From: Lachnospiraceae bacterium
GTDB lineage: Bacteria; Bacteroidota; Bacteroidia; Bacteroidales; UBA932
Length of the DNA stretch: 64,000 bases
NCBI GenBank assembly: GCA_963654805.1
Contig: CAVKBL010000009.1
Location: 868 to 64,867, forward strand
Reading direction: 5' to 3'
Each line of letters opens with the position of its first letter. Positions within the stretch are counted from its first letter, which is position 1. Made by a program: the position numbers and the translations under genes. Below the pieces are notes generated by a model, which saw only the letters and a list, made by a program, of their open reading frames with translations, ran no database searches and was not told where the DNA came from. Below, one piece after another: positions 1-9,288 of this stretch.

Positions 1-329
1 AGAGCACCCGATTCTACAGAACTGATGTCATCATTGATTTCTTCTCTTAGTTTTGAGATAGCATCTGCGAGCTCCTTATCCACACCGTCAAGCCTGTCCG
101 CCTCTGTCATAAGCATATTTATGTATCCCGACAACTCTGCATCTGTATTCTGCAGTTTCTCAAGAGATGTCTGAATAGCTGCAATCTGTGCTGTAATAGG
201 TTGAATCTGATTAGATTTGATAGCATCAATCTGCTCTTGCAGATTTACAATGTCAGATTTCTTTGCGCATGAGACTACCAAAGCCCCGACCGCTAAGAAA
301 GTCACAAAAAATCTGTAAAAAACTTTCAT
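1..329 (-). CDS. Lipoprotein with coiled-coil N-terminus (DUF4988 / PL29-N-terminal-like); partial, runs off the window start
   Basis: Read manually from ATG at 329: MKVFYRFFVTFLAVGALVVSCAKKSDIVNLQEQIDAIKSNQIQPITAQIAAIQTSLEKL...; lipobox VVSC followed by a heptad-like helix; frame open to position 1. Confidence 0.7.
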   Translation of the reverse strand, partial: MKVFYRFFVTFLAVGALVVSCAKKSDIVNLQEQIDAIKSNQIQPITAQIAAIQTSLEKLQNTDAELSGYINMLMTEADRLDGVDKELADAISKLREEINDDISSVESGA

Positions 330-446
330 GTCAATATAAGAGGTTAGTGGATTCTTGGCCAATATAACAATTAATTTTTATTTTTGTGTCTTCTTCGATA
401 AGCGGCTACAGCCGCTAAAAATTGGCAAATCTTCATTTGATACATT

Positions 447-1310
447 ATGACAGGGAAAAAATACTCTTTAGGAATAGCGTTCGGCGGCGGCGGAGCGAAG
501 GCCGGAGCGCATTGCGGTGCACTTCAAGCACTTAAGGAATTCGGCATAAAACCGGACGTGGTAAGCGGAACCAGCGCCGGATCGCTCGTGGCGGCGTTCT
601 ACTCCGCAGGATTCACGCCAGTGCAGATGATTCGCATGTTCCTCAAAATGAATTTCTTCAAGGACATAGTGGAGGTATCCAAACCGGGCGGCGGACTTTT
701 CGACTCATCTCCGCTGATGAAGATAATTGAGACGCAGATGCCTTACGAGAACATAGAAGACCTGCCAATCCCCGTATATATAGTGGCTTCAGATATGGAC
801 CAGGGCAAAGTCAAAGTGTTCTCCAAGGGCAAATTGGCCCCGCGGCTGGTGGCCTCCTGCTCCATACCCATAGTCTTCAAGCCAATGGTTATAAACGGGA
901 TGCACTATATAGACGGCGGCGTGTTCCAAAATCTTCCTGTGCCTGCTATCAGGCCTCTCTGTGACAAGGTCATAGCCTTCAGCGTAAGGCGCCTGGAGAA
1001 GGAAACCTATAAGAACACCCTGCTTCATACTGCCACCAGGGCTTACAGCATGATGTTCATGTCCAATATCATGGCCGATTCCAAATTGGCAGATACCTAT
1101 ATAGAGCTTGACACTTCCGGCTGCGGGGTTTATGACATCGCATGCATCACGGATCTTTTCCACAGAGGATACAGAGATGCTTGCGCCGCTCTCGAGGCCG
1201 ACGGATACAAGCGAGTCCTGCCTGCGGAGAAGATAGACCTTCCGAGCAAGGAAGAACTCATAAGTGCCAAGAAGAAGGAACTCCTCGCGCGCGGCCGCTT
1301 CCGCAGATAA
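447..1310 (+). CDS. Patatin-like phospholipase
   Basis: GGGGAK glycine loop, GTSAG nucleophile motif, DGG motif. Confidence 0.92.
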   Translation: MTGKKYSLGIAFGGGGAKAGAHCGALQALKEFGIKPDVVSGTSAGSLVAAFYSAGFTPVQMIRMFLKMNFFKDIVEVSKPGGGLFDSSPLMKIIETQMPYENIEDLPIPVYIVASDMDQGKVKVFSKGKLAPRLVASCSIPIVFKPMVINGMHYIDGGVFQNLPVPAIRPLCDKVIAFSVRRLEKETYKNTLLHTATRAYSMMFMSNIMADSKLADTYIELDTSGCGVYDIACITDLFHRGYRDACAALEADGYKRVLPAEKIDLPSKEELISAKKKELLARGRFRR

Positions 1311-1337
1311 CGCACGAGACTTTTCGCGACAGCAGTC

Positions 1338-1375
1338 ACTACCCTTCAGCCTGGCGGATCTGCGCGGAGTAGATG
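1338..1375. repeat. Direct repeat copy 1 of the nadD 3' end (35/38 identical to 4215-4252)
   Basis: actacccttcagcctggcggatctgcgcggagtagatg versus actacccttcagcctggcggatctgcgtggaggaaatg; first 27 nt identical. Confidence 0.9.
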
Positions 1376-1392
1376 AGACACTTGTTAAAGGA

Positions 1393-2739
1393 TTACAGCG
1401 TCTGGGTATCTTGCAAAAATCGTTTAAGAAATGGAGCCAGGAAGTAAGGAAATGTGTAGAACTTTCCGTTCCATCCGATGTTCTTATAACCTAACTTAAT
1501 TCCATAATGAACATCAGGATAAGATTTCCAATCTATCAAGTTATTAAGCGAAGCTGTCGCTCCGTCAGTTGCCTTCACCTCAACCGGGACAAGAGAATCA
1601 CTATCCCGCACGAAAAAGTCCATTTCAACGGACGGATTATCGTGTCTATAGAAATACAGCTGAGCATATCCGGATTTAATCAGCATTTCGCCCACGACAT
1701 TTTCGTAAATGGCGCCCTTATATGTCCCGAAATTCCTGTTTGCCCGAAGGTCTTCCTGCGCTTCATCATCCAGTGATGCAATCAAGAGTCCTGTATCATG
1801 GTAATAAAGTTTGTAGTTGAGCGCATCATAATTCCCCTTCAGCGGAAGTTCCACATTGCTCAGGCAATATGCCGCATTGATAACTCCGGCTTCCTTAAGC
1901 CACTCCACGCTTCCGATATAGTCCCGACTCCGTGCATTTTTCGCCACCTTTGTGATCTGGAATTTTTTATTCTCCTTGGCCAAAAATGTGGATATGTGGC
2001 TATACACAGCCAAAATCTTCGCCTTGTCCGTCTCTTTCGCGTATTTTGTAATGTCTTCCGCATAGTCTCTGAGAAGCTGTCGCTGGAGCCCCAAAGTACC
2101 GCTGAAATTTCCGTTGTCTACGTACATTTTGACAACCTCCGGCATTCCCCCAATCGTCATATAATCTCGAAAAATGCCCATCATAGTATCAAATTCAATT
2201 TTGGTAAACGGCTTGAGAGCAAGCATATTCGAATACAGACTATCCACCTGTTCACCTGAATACCCCTTTGCCCAAAGAAATTCCTCGAAATCCATCGAAT
2301 ACATATCGTAGTCATCCTTGAAGCCGACGGCATTGGACTCGATTTCCTCGTAATATATACCCATTAATGAACCTGAACAGATAACGTCATATCGCCTGTC
2401 CTGACAGAATGATTTGAGAGAAGTCGCGCAGTCAGGACATTTTTGAAGTTCATCAAAGAAAATCAGCGTCTTCTGGGGAATGAAATGCCAAGACGGTTCA
2501 AGAAGTGAAATGTTCTTAACTATGGTGTCGACATCGTATCCGTCATCGAATATAGCCCGAAATTTCTTCTGCAACACGAAGTTAATCTCAATGACAGACT
2601 CATAATTGGCCAATCCGAAAGCACGTATGGATTGAGTCTTCCCGATCTGCCTCGCCCCTTTGACTATCAGCGGCTTCCTTTTTGAATTTCCCTTCCATGA
2701 TTTAAGGAAACTATCTATTTTTCTATCAAGTAGTTCCAT
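1393..2739 (-). CDS. AAA_14 / DUF4143 family ATPase
   Basis: Walker A GARQIGKT, Walker B FFDELQ, GGMPE, KLYYHDTGLL, C-terminal EMDF...PVEVK (PD-(D/E)xK-like). Confidence 0.9.
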   Translation of the reverse strand: MELLDRKIDSFLKSWKGNSKRKPLIVKGARQIGKTQSIRAFGLANYESVIEINFVLQKKFRAIFDDGYDVDTIVKNISLLEPSWHFIPQKTLIFFDELQKCPDCATSLKSFCQDRRYDVICSGSLMGIYYEEIESNAVGFKDDYDMYSMDFEEFLWAKGYSGEQVDSLYSNMLALKPFTKIEFDTMMGIFRDYMTIGGMPEVVKMYVDNGNFSGTLGLQRQLLRDYAEDITKYAKETDKAKILAVYSHISTFLAKENKKFQITKVAKNARSRDYIGSVEWLKEAGVINAAYCLSNVELPLKGNYDALNYKLYYHDTGLLIASLDDEAQEDLRANRNFGTYKGAIYENVVGEMLIKSGYAQLYFYRHDNPSVEMDFFVRDSDSLVPVEVKATDGATASLNNLIDWKSYPDVHYGIKLGYKNIGWNGKFYTFPYFLAPFLKRFLQDTQTL

Positions 2740-2744
2740 TTACA

Positions 2745-2820
2745 TTTCACATTTTTCGATGTAAAATTAAGCAAATTTTCACATTTTTCGATAGCTTTCT
2801 GGGTGCATTTTGCACATTTT
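2745..2820. repeat. Direct repeats tttcacatttttcgat upstream of the AAA ATPase (two exact copies, one degenerate)
   Basis: Exact copies at 2745-2760 and 2777-2792; partial ttgcacatttt at about 2810-2820. Confidence 0.7.
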
Positions 2821-3022
2821 ACCCCGAACCTTGTACCGGACGTGAACTGAACGGAGAAAGTAGACGCGGAAAATAATTTTTAGATGTTATTATTTTACAA
2901 AGTAGACATTCTATTAAAATCTATAAGGATATATGACTCATGTTCATTCTTCGCAAACTCTTCCACAATGGTTGCCTCAAAACCAGATTTCCCCACGAAA
3001 TAAGAGTATAACCGAAGAAATC

Positions 3023-3054
3023 CTTGCAAATCATAAAATCAGATTTTAAATTTG
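3023..3054 (+). promoter_or_regulatory. Bacteroidetes sigma-A-type promoter of the second AAA ATPase
   Basis: -7 element TAAATTTG at 3047-3054 with (C)TTG about 20 nt upstream. Confidence 0.55.
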
Positions 3055-3070
3055 CATAAAATTAAGACTT

Positions 3071-4213
3071 ATGATTGCACGTGAACTGAAGGATAAGGCC
3101 ATCGCGCTTTCAAAACAATACCCGTTTGTGGTGATTACAGGCCCCAGACAGTCAGGAAAGACCACATTGGCCAAAAGCACATTCCCGGATTACAGAAAAG
3201 TATCTTTGGAAGATCTTGACAACAGGGAATTCGCCCGGGAGGATCCGCGCGGGTTCATCTCCACATATCCTGACAAGACTATTATAGATGAGGTTCAAAG
3301 AGTTCCGTCACTTCTGTCATACCTTCAGACGCATTGCGACGATGCTGGCAGAGATGGGATGTATATCCTTACCGGCTCACAGGACCTGCAGTTGATGGAG
3401 GCGGTGGACCAGAGTCTTGCCGGAAGAGTCGGAATTCTTCACCTTCTGCCTTTTTCCAAATCGGAGATGCTTTCAGGGAGCATACTGCCATCAAATACGG
3501 ATGAACGGATACTTAGCGGCTGCTATCCCCGATTGTACGACAAAGGCATATCTCCTGCTGACTACTACCCCAACTATATAAATACATATATCGAACGCGA
3601 TGTCCGCAATCTCAAAAACATCAGCGATCTCGGACGATTCTCGCGATTTCTGAAACTATGCGCCGCAAGAGTAGGACAACTGCTGAACAAGTCTTCTCTT
3701 GCCAATGACTGTGGAATAACTGTTCCGACTGTAGACTCGTGGCTTTCGATATTGGAGTCCAGCTATATCACTTTTTTTCTCAGACCGGACTATAACAACT
3801 ATTCCAAAAGGATAGTGAAAGCGCCAAAGCTGTATTTCTACGATACGGGGCTTGTTTGTTCGCTTCTGGAGATAAAAACGCCCATACAGATGAACACGCA
3901 TTATCTGCGAGGAAACCTGTTCGAAAATATGGTTATCTCTGATTTCATCAAAAATGACTTCAATAAAGGGATTCTGGAACCGACTGCATCATTCTGGAGG
4001 GACAGTGTCGGGAATGAAGTCGATCTTATCCGTCGCGATGGCGACAAGGTTGATGCATATGAAATCAAATCCGCGGAAACATTCAATGAATCTTTTCTCC
4101 ACGGTCTTAAATATTGGTCGAAACTCTCCGGGACAGACGCTTCCAGACTGCATCTGATCTATGGAGGTGACACTTCAATGCAACGATCCGACATCTCCGT
4201 CGAACCTTTCTAA
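3071..4213 (+). CDS. AAA_14 / DUF4143 family ATPase
   Basis: GPRQSGKTT, IIDEVQ, KLYFYDTGL, EVDLI...YEIK. Confidence 0.9.
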   Translation: MIARELKDKAIALSKQYPFVVITGPRQSGKTTLAKSTFPDYRKVSLEDLDNREFAREDPRGFISTYPDKTIIDEVQRVPSLLSYLQTHCDDAGRDGMYILTGSQDLQLMEAVDQSLAGRVGILHLLPFSKSEMLSGSILPSNTDERILSGCYPRLYDKGISPADYYPNYINTYIERDVRNLKNISDLGRFSRFLKLCAARVGQLLNKSSLANDCGITVPTVDSWLSILESSYITFFLRPDYNNYSKRIVKAPKLYFYDTGLVCSLLEIKTPIQMNTHYLRGNLFENMVISDFIKNDFNKGILEPTASFWRDSVGNEVDLIRRDGDKVDAYEIKSAETFNESFLHGLKYWSKLSGTDASRLHLIYGGDTSMQRSDISVEPF

Positions 4214-4214
4214 G

Positions 4215-4252
4215 ACTACCCTTCAGCCTGGCGGATCTGCGTGGAGGAAATG
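4215..4252. repeat. Direct repeat copy 2, overlapping the last codons and stop of nadD
   Basis: Matches 1338-1375. Confidence 0.9.
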
Positions 4253-4740
4253 TCCACTAAAGGCATATCACTGAGGCGAATGCGGTAATGAGGGTTTTCA
4301 CGCAGCAGGGCGTCCCTGTCCGAGTGCATGTCGAACCCTCGTCGCGGAAACACTTCCACGCCATAATCAAGCAGGATTTCGGAATAGTTGCGCCAGCGTG
4401 AAAGGCCGTTAAGATTATCAGCGCCCATTATAAGAGTAAGAGAATCAGACGGATATATCTCCTTCAAGATGCCGAGTGTTCTATAGGTGTACTGGGGCGC
4501 ACTGAGGGAGAACTCCACATCGCACACCTCCACCCGGTCAAGATCCGTACTCTCGGATATGACTTTTTCTGCCTGCTCCAAACGCAAACGGGCATTGTAC
4601 GCCTTAGCCTGCTCCTTGAAAGGATTCTGAGGCGAGACTACCAGCAAGACCTTATCATAAGATCTGTTAAGGCAGGAAAGTATCGCCAGATGCCCCTCGT
4701 GCAGAGGGTCGAAACTTCCTGAATAAACGGCTATCTGCAT
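4216..4740 (-). CDS. nadD: Nicotinate-nucleotide adenylyltransferase
   Basis: GSFDPLHEGH (HxGH), SPQNPFK, MGADN, ISSTQIR; adjacent to gmk as is usual in Bacteroidetes. Confidence 0.93.
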   Translation of the reverse strand: MQIAVYSGSFDPLHEGHLAILSCLNRSYDKVLLVVSPQNPFKEQAKAYNARLRLEQAEKVISESTDLDRVEVCDVEFSLSAPQYTYRTLGILKEIYPSDSLTLIMGADNLNGLSRWRNYSEILLDYGVEVFPRRGFDMHSDRDALLRENPHYRIRLSDMPLVDISSTQIRQAEG

Positions 4741-5303
4741 AGGAAAGAGTCTATCTGAGCGTAAGTCTGCTCCAGCGCCGTATCCAGATCGTCGTTGACC
4801 ACCTCCACGTCACACTTTCCCCGTCCATAAGAAATCTCGCTTTCGGCCTTGGCCAGACGCGTGCGTATGTCCTCCTCGCTGTCCGTTCCGCGGCCGCGAA
4901 GCCTCTTCTCAAGAATCCCCATGCTCGGAGGGACAATCAGGAACGACAGGGCGTTGGCGCCGAAATATTTTTTAAGATTATACGCTCCTTTGACGTCCAC
5001 GTCGAATATTATGGTCTTGCCATCGTTCCAGATACGCTCAACTTCTGATTTGAGAGTACCGTAAAAGCGGTCCTTATATACTTCCTCGTGCTCCACGAAC
5101 GCATCCTGGGCGATAAGTTCCCGAAAACGCCCTGCCTCTATGAAATAATAATCCACCCCGTCTTTTTCGCTGCCACGGGGAGAACGCGAAGTGGCGCTTA
5201 TCGAGAACTCGAAGACCCCCGGATAATGCGCCAATATATGTCTTACTATAGTACTTTTACCTGCTCCGGACGGAGCGCAGAAGATGACTGTTTTTCCTTG
5301 CAT
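4731..5303 (-). CDS. gmk: Guanylate kinase
   Basis: APSGAGKST, SATSRSPR, DGVDYYF, YGT; start taken at MQGKT (5303). Confidence 0.95.
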   Translation of the reverse strand: MQGKTVIFCAPSGAGKSTIVRHILAHYPGVFEFSISATSRSPRGSEKDGVDYYFIEAGRFRELIAQDAFVEHEEVYKDRFYGTLKSEVERIWNDGKTIIFDVDVKGAYNLKKYFGANALSFLIVPPSMGILEKRLRGRGTDSEEDIRTRLAKAESEISYGRGKCDVEVVNDDLDTALEQTYAQIDSFLCR

Positions 5304-5418
5304 ATCTATAATTGCTCTTTTCACGATACTTCCGTGAAATGCACTGCAAATATAGCAATCTTTTCTCCATTCATCCTTTTCACACCGTCATATTCCGAGG
5401 CCAAGTCCGATAAGCGGC

Positions 5419-5757
5419 TTATTTCGTATAAGGTTTATCATTGATGCTCGTTATGCGCGCTTCTTCTCCGTAGCACGGAAGAGGCTGACACACGACGACC
5501 TCCACCTTCTTTTTATTAGCATCGACACACTCAAAGCGATAATTCGTGCCTGCAACGATCTGACGCGCCACCTTGAGAGGCTTCAGCTTCAAACCCTCGC
5601 GTTGCAGCACGACAGCGGTGAAAAGCGAATCTTCCTGCGCAGTCAATCTACTTGCCTTTCCATATCCACCCACCATTACATCCCTTCTGTGGTTACACGC
5701 ACAAGCTGCCATCAAAACAGTCATCAGTGCCAATGTCATCATTTTCAAATATTTCAT
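5419..5757 (-). CDS. Small lipoprotein with cystatin-like motifs
   Basis: Signal MKYLKMMTLALMTVLMAAC; N-terminal VGGY and QIVAGTNY (QxVxG). Confidence 0.65.
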   Translation of the reverse strand: MKYLKMMTLALMTVLMAACACNHRRDVMVGGYGKASRLTAQEDSLFTAVVLQREGLKLKPLKVARQIVAGTNYRFECVDANKKKVEVVVCQPLPCYGEEARITSINDKPYTK

Positions 5758-5845
5758 ATTCCAACCAAATTTCATTTCACAATAACACGCACCCTTCCCA
5801 AATAATGAAGTGCAAATGTAGCGCGGCTTCATTTCGAAGCGTCAC

Positions 5846-5974
5846 CTACATTTGCACAAATATAAGGAAGAATATTGGGGTTGTTATATTTGTTGTCGTA
5901 TCATTGTTCTTGTTGCAAGATGCCAATGCTAATGCTGTACAAGCAGCCAGTGCTGCAAATTTTAAAGACTTCAT
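5846..5974 (-). pseudogene. Truncated lipoprotein remnant or 42-aa small lipoprotein
   Basis: MKSLKFAALAACTALALASCNKNNDTTTNITTPIFFLIFVQM*; clean lipobox LASC, tail runs through a promoter-like TATATTTG. Confidence 0.45.
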
Positions 5975-6244
5975 TTTCAAAATTAAATTTTTGAGATTAT
6001 GTGCCGATTCTTCAGGATGCGTCCATTCTCAAGCCCTGCACGACTACTTTTTGAGTACTCTCGCTTTATTAAATACACCTCACAGCGCAATCTTGCCTGA
6101 CAGACGCTATTTTTACATCACACCGACTGTTTCTGAGCGCAAAACGAAGGATTGGCATTTGCGTAAATTTTTATTAAATTTGCGCCGGCTTTGAAAAGCC
6201 CCCAAAAAAGAAATTTTAACGAATACTAAATACATACATTTATT

Positions 6245-7246
6245 ATGGTATCATTCAAAGAACTTGGCCTTGTAAACACCCGCGAGATGTTCGCCAAGGC
6301 AGTGAAAGGCGGCTATGCCATTCCGGCTTTCAACTTCAACAATATGGAGCAGCTCCAGGCTATCATCCAGGCCGCAGCTGAAACCAAATCCCCTGTTATC
6401 CTTCAGGTAAGCAAGGGAGCCCGCAACTATGCTAACCAGACTCTTCTGCGCTATATGGCAGAGGGAGCAGTAGCTTATGCCAAGGAACTTGGCTGGGAGA
6501 AGCCTCAGATCGTGCTTCACCTCGATCACGGTGACAGCTTCGAACTCTGCAAGAGCTGCGTGGATATGGGATTCTCTTCAGTAATGATCGACGGTTCCGC
6601 ACTTCCATACGAGGACAACATCGCTCTTACCAAGAAAGTCGTAGAATATGCTCACCAGTACGATGTTACCGTAGAAGCTGAGCTCGGAGTGCTCGCCGGT
6701 GTAGAGGATGAGGTCGCTGCAGAAGAGTCTCATTACACAAAGCCTGAGGAAGTTATCGATTTCGCTACACGCACAGGTTGCGATTCACTCGCCATCTCTA
6801 TCGGTACTTCACACGGCGCATACAAATTCAAGCCTGAGCAGTGCACACGTGACCCTAAGACAGGCCGTCTCGTTCCACCTCCACTTGCATTCGACGTTCT
6901 CCACGAGGTTGAGAAGAAACTCCCAGGATTCCCTATCGTTCTCCACGGTTCTTCATCAGTTCCACAGGAGTATGTAGATATTATCAACGCTAACGGAGGC
7001 AAACTCCCAGATGCAGTAGGTATTCCTGAGGAACAGCTCCGCGAAGCTGCCAAGAGCGCTGTCTGCAAGATCAACATCGACTCAGACTCACGTCTTGCCA
7101 TGACTGCCGCAGTCCGTAAGGTATTCAACGAGAAACCGGGCGAATTCGACCCTCGTAAATATCTCGGACCAGCTCGCGATGAGATGAAGAAACTCTACAT
7201 CCACAAGATCGTGAACGTTCTCGGTTCAGACGGAAAAGCCGCCTAA
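6245..7246 (+). CDS. fba: Class II fructose-1,6-bisphosphate aldolase
   Basis: HLDHG, SVMIDGS, GTSHGAYK, VLHGSS, KINIDSD, FDPRKYL; upstream TAAATTTG at 6175-6182. Confidence 0.96.
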   Translation: MVSFKELGLVNTREMFAKAVKGGYAIPAFNFNNMEQLQAIIQAAAETKSPVILQVSKGARNYANQTLLRYMAEGAVAYAKELGWEKPQIVLHLDHGDSFELCKSCVDMGFSSVMIDGSALPYEDNIALTKKVVEYAHQYDVTVEAELGVLAGVEDEVAAEESHYTKPEEVIDFATRTGCDSLAISIGTSHGAYKFKPEQCTRDPKTGRLVPPPLAFDVLHEVEKKLPGFPIVLHGSSSVPQEYVDIINANGGKLPDAVGIPEEQLREAAKSAVCKINIDSDSRLAMTAAVRKVFNEKPGEFDPRKYLGPARDEMKKLYIHKIVNVLGSDGKAA

Positions 7247-7265
7247 TCGCAGCCCTCATATATTT

Positions 7266-7300
7266 AAGAAGACGCCTCGTATCGGGGTGTCTTCTTTTTA
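7266..7300 (+). terminator. Intrinsic terminator after fba
   Basis: aagaagacgcc...ggtgtcttctt stem followed by a T run. Confidence 0.8.
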
Positions 7301-7367
7301 TTTCTTCCTGCCGGACATAAATCCGAACATTTTTCATAAATTCGCTAGGAAAAAATCAAACATAACC

Positions 7368-8456
7368 ATGTACACTAAAGACTACCTTAAGCAAATAGCT
7401 TCAGCTTTTGAAGTAGATTCCGATATCACGGACATATGCCCGCTTGGAGAAGGGCTTATCAATGACACATTTAAGGTCAGCACCGCGCACGGACATTACG
7501 CCCTGCAGCGCATCAACAACGCCATATTCCAGGACGTGGAACTGCTTCAGCACAATATAGAGGCCGTGACCGCTCACATACGTGAGAAACTCACCGCCCG
7601 TGGCGAGACGGACATAGACCGCAAAGTACTTACCTTCATTCGCTCTAAAGAAAGCAAAAAGACATATCACATAGACCAGGAGGGTAAATATTGGCGCATG
7701 TCAGCCTTTATAGAAGGCAGCCGTAACATAGATGAAGTAAATGAAGAATCGTCCCGTCTGGCCGGACAGGCCTTCGGACAGTTTGAGGCGGAGCTTTCGG
7801 ACCTTCACGAAGAAATAGGCGAAACCATACCGGACTTCCATAATATGCCGCTCCGTCTCCGGCAGCTCCGGCAGGCCGTAAAAGACAACCCCAAAGGACG
7901 GGTCTGGGAAGTAAGGGATCTTCTGGACATAATAGACAGGCACGCCGAGAAGATGTGCGCCGCCGAGACACTTCACGCCGAAGGCAAACTTCCCAAACGC
8001 ATCTGCCACTGCGACACGAAGGTCGGCAACGTCCTGTTCGACAAAGACGGCAAAGTACTGTGCGTCATAGACCTGGACACGGTGATGCCGTCATTCGTAT
8101 TCTCGGATTTCGGAGATTTCATGCGCACCGCAGCCAATCCTGTATCGGAAGACAGTCCTGAGTACGACAAGATAGAGTTTAAGATGGACATTTTCAAAGC
8201 GTTCACGAAAGGGTATCTTTCTACGGCCGGGGAGTTTCTCACTCCGCTTGAGATAGAAATGCTCCCCTACGCCGTGCAGTTGTTCGCCTTCATGCAGGCC
8301 GTTCGTTTCCTCACCGACTACATTAACGGAGACACCTATTATAAAATCAAATACCCCGAGCACAATCTCGTTCGCACACGCAACCAGATAACCCTCTTCC
8401 AAAGCGCTTTAAGCAAAGAAGATGAGATGCATCGATTCATAAAAACTCTTATTTGA
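7368..8456 (+). CDS. APH/choline-kinase-fold sugar kinase (N-acetylhexosamine 1-kinase / MdsC-like)
   Basis: GEGLINDT, LQRIN, HCDTKVGNVLF, IDLDT, DFGD, RFLTDYINGDTYYK; start at MYTKD. Confidence 0.8.
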   Translation: MYTKDYLKQIASAFEVDSDITDICPLGEGLINDTFKVSTAHGHYALQRINNAIFQDVELLQHNIEAVTAHIREKLTARGETDIDRKVLTFIRSKESKKTYHIDQEGKYWRMSAFIEGSRNIDEVNEESSRLAGQAFGQFEAELSDLHEEIGETIPDFHNMPLRLRQLRQAVKDNPKGRVWEVRDLLDIIDRHAEKMCAAETLHAEGKLPKRICHCDTKVGNVLFDKDGKVLCVIDLDTVMPSFVFSDFGDFMRTAANPVSEDSPEYDKIEFKMDIFKAFTKGYLSTAGEFLTPLEIEMLPYAVQLFAFMQAVRFLTDYINGDTYYKIKYPEHNLVRTRNQITLFQSALSKEDEMHRFIKTLI

Positions 8457-8523
8457 AGCGGGAATTGCCATAATTTCACAAGTTATCACTATTTTTGCAC
8501 CACTTACCGATAAAAATGCGTTT

Positions 8524-9288
8524 ATGAAAGTAATAAACGAAAGAAGACAGGACATTATCAATACTATACTTAATCAGGGAGTGGTGAAAGTCTCACTTCT
8601 GGCCGAAAAGTACAATGTCACTCAGACAACGATACGCAAAGACCTTAACTATCTGGAGAAAAAGGGACTGCTGCACCGCTCATACGGTAATGCAGTGGCT
8701 GCCTCGGCTCCGGTAAAGGATATCTCGCTCGGCAAGAAAAAGCTCATTAACTTCAATGCCAAATTCCGCATCGCAAAAGCCGCCGCCGAACTGATAGAAG
8801 AGAACGACTCCATATTCATAGCTTCCGGCTCCACCATAGCCATCTTTGCGGACAATCTCAAACCTAAAGGCCGTCTCAATGTAGTCACCATCTCCGTGAA
8901 CATCTCCACGATGCTCGGTGAGAACGACAGCATATCGGTAATGCAGGTGGGAGGGATGCTCTACAGCAATACCCTTTCCGTCTACGGAAGCGATGCCATT
9001 CAATCCGTCAAAAACGTATTCTGTTCGAAACTTTACTTCGGTATCGATGGTATGTCACTCGAACACGGCATCACCTGCGCCACCAGAGAAGAAGCTGAAC
9101 TAACCCAAGAGATGATGCGCTCCGCAGAGAAAAAGATAGTTCTGTGCGATTCGAGCAAACTCGGGAAAAGAGGGTTTGCCCGAATCTCAGACATCTCCGA
9201 CATAGACATACTTATCACTGACTCCTCCTTTCCGCGAGAAGCCAAAGAGCAGTTTGAAAATGCCGGAGTGCAGATAATTATGGTCTAG
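8524..9288 (+). CDS. DeoR/GlpR (AgaR-like) transcriptional regulator
   Basis: ERRQDI...VTQTTIRKDL HTH, SGST, CDSSK, LITD. Confidence 0.93.
   Translation: MKVINERRQDIINTILNQGVVKVSLLAEKYNVTQTTIRKDLNYLEKKGLLHRSYGNAVAASAPVKDISLGKKKLINFNAKFRIAKAAAELIEENDSIFIASGSTIAIFADNLKPKGRLNVVTISVNISTMLGENDSISVMQVGGMLYSNTLSVYGSDAIQSVKNVFCSKLYFGIDGMSLEHGITCATREEAELTQEMMRSAEKKIVLCDSSKLGKRGFARISDISDIDILITDSSFPREAKEQFENAGVQIIMV

Noticed and set aside
401..416. Short hairpin agcggc-taca-gccgct
   Set aside because: A 6-bp stem between divergent genes, too weak to assign a function
2745..2820. Possible mini-CRISPR array
   Set aside because: Only two 16-bp repeats with a 16-bp gap, and no cas genes
5652..6194. 180-aa plus-strand ORF
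   Set aside because: Antisense to two lipoprotein signal sequences and spans the fba promoter; no motif
7368..8456. Aminoglycoside resistance gene (APH fold)
   Set aside because: Motifs and context fit the NahK/MdsC-like sugar kinase branch
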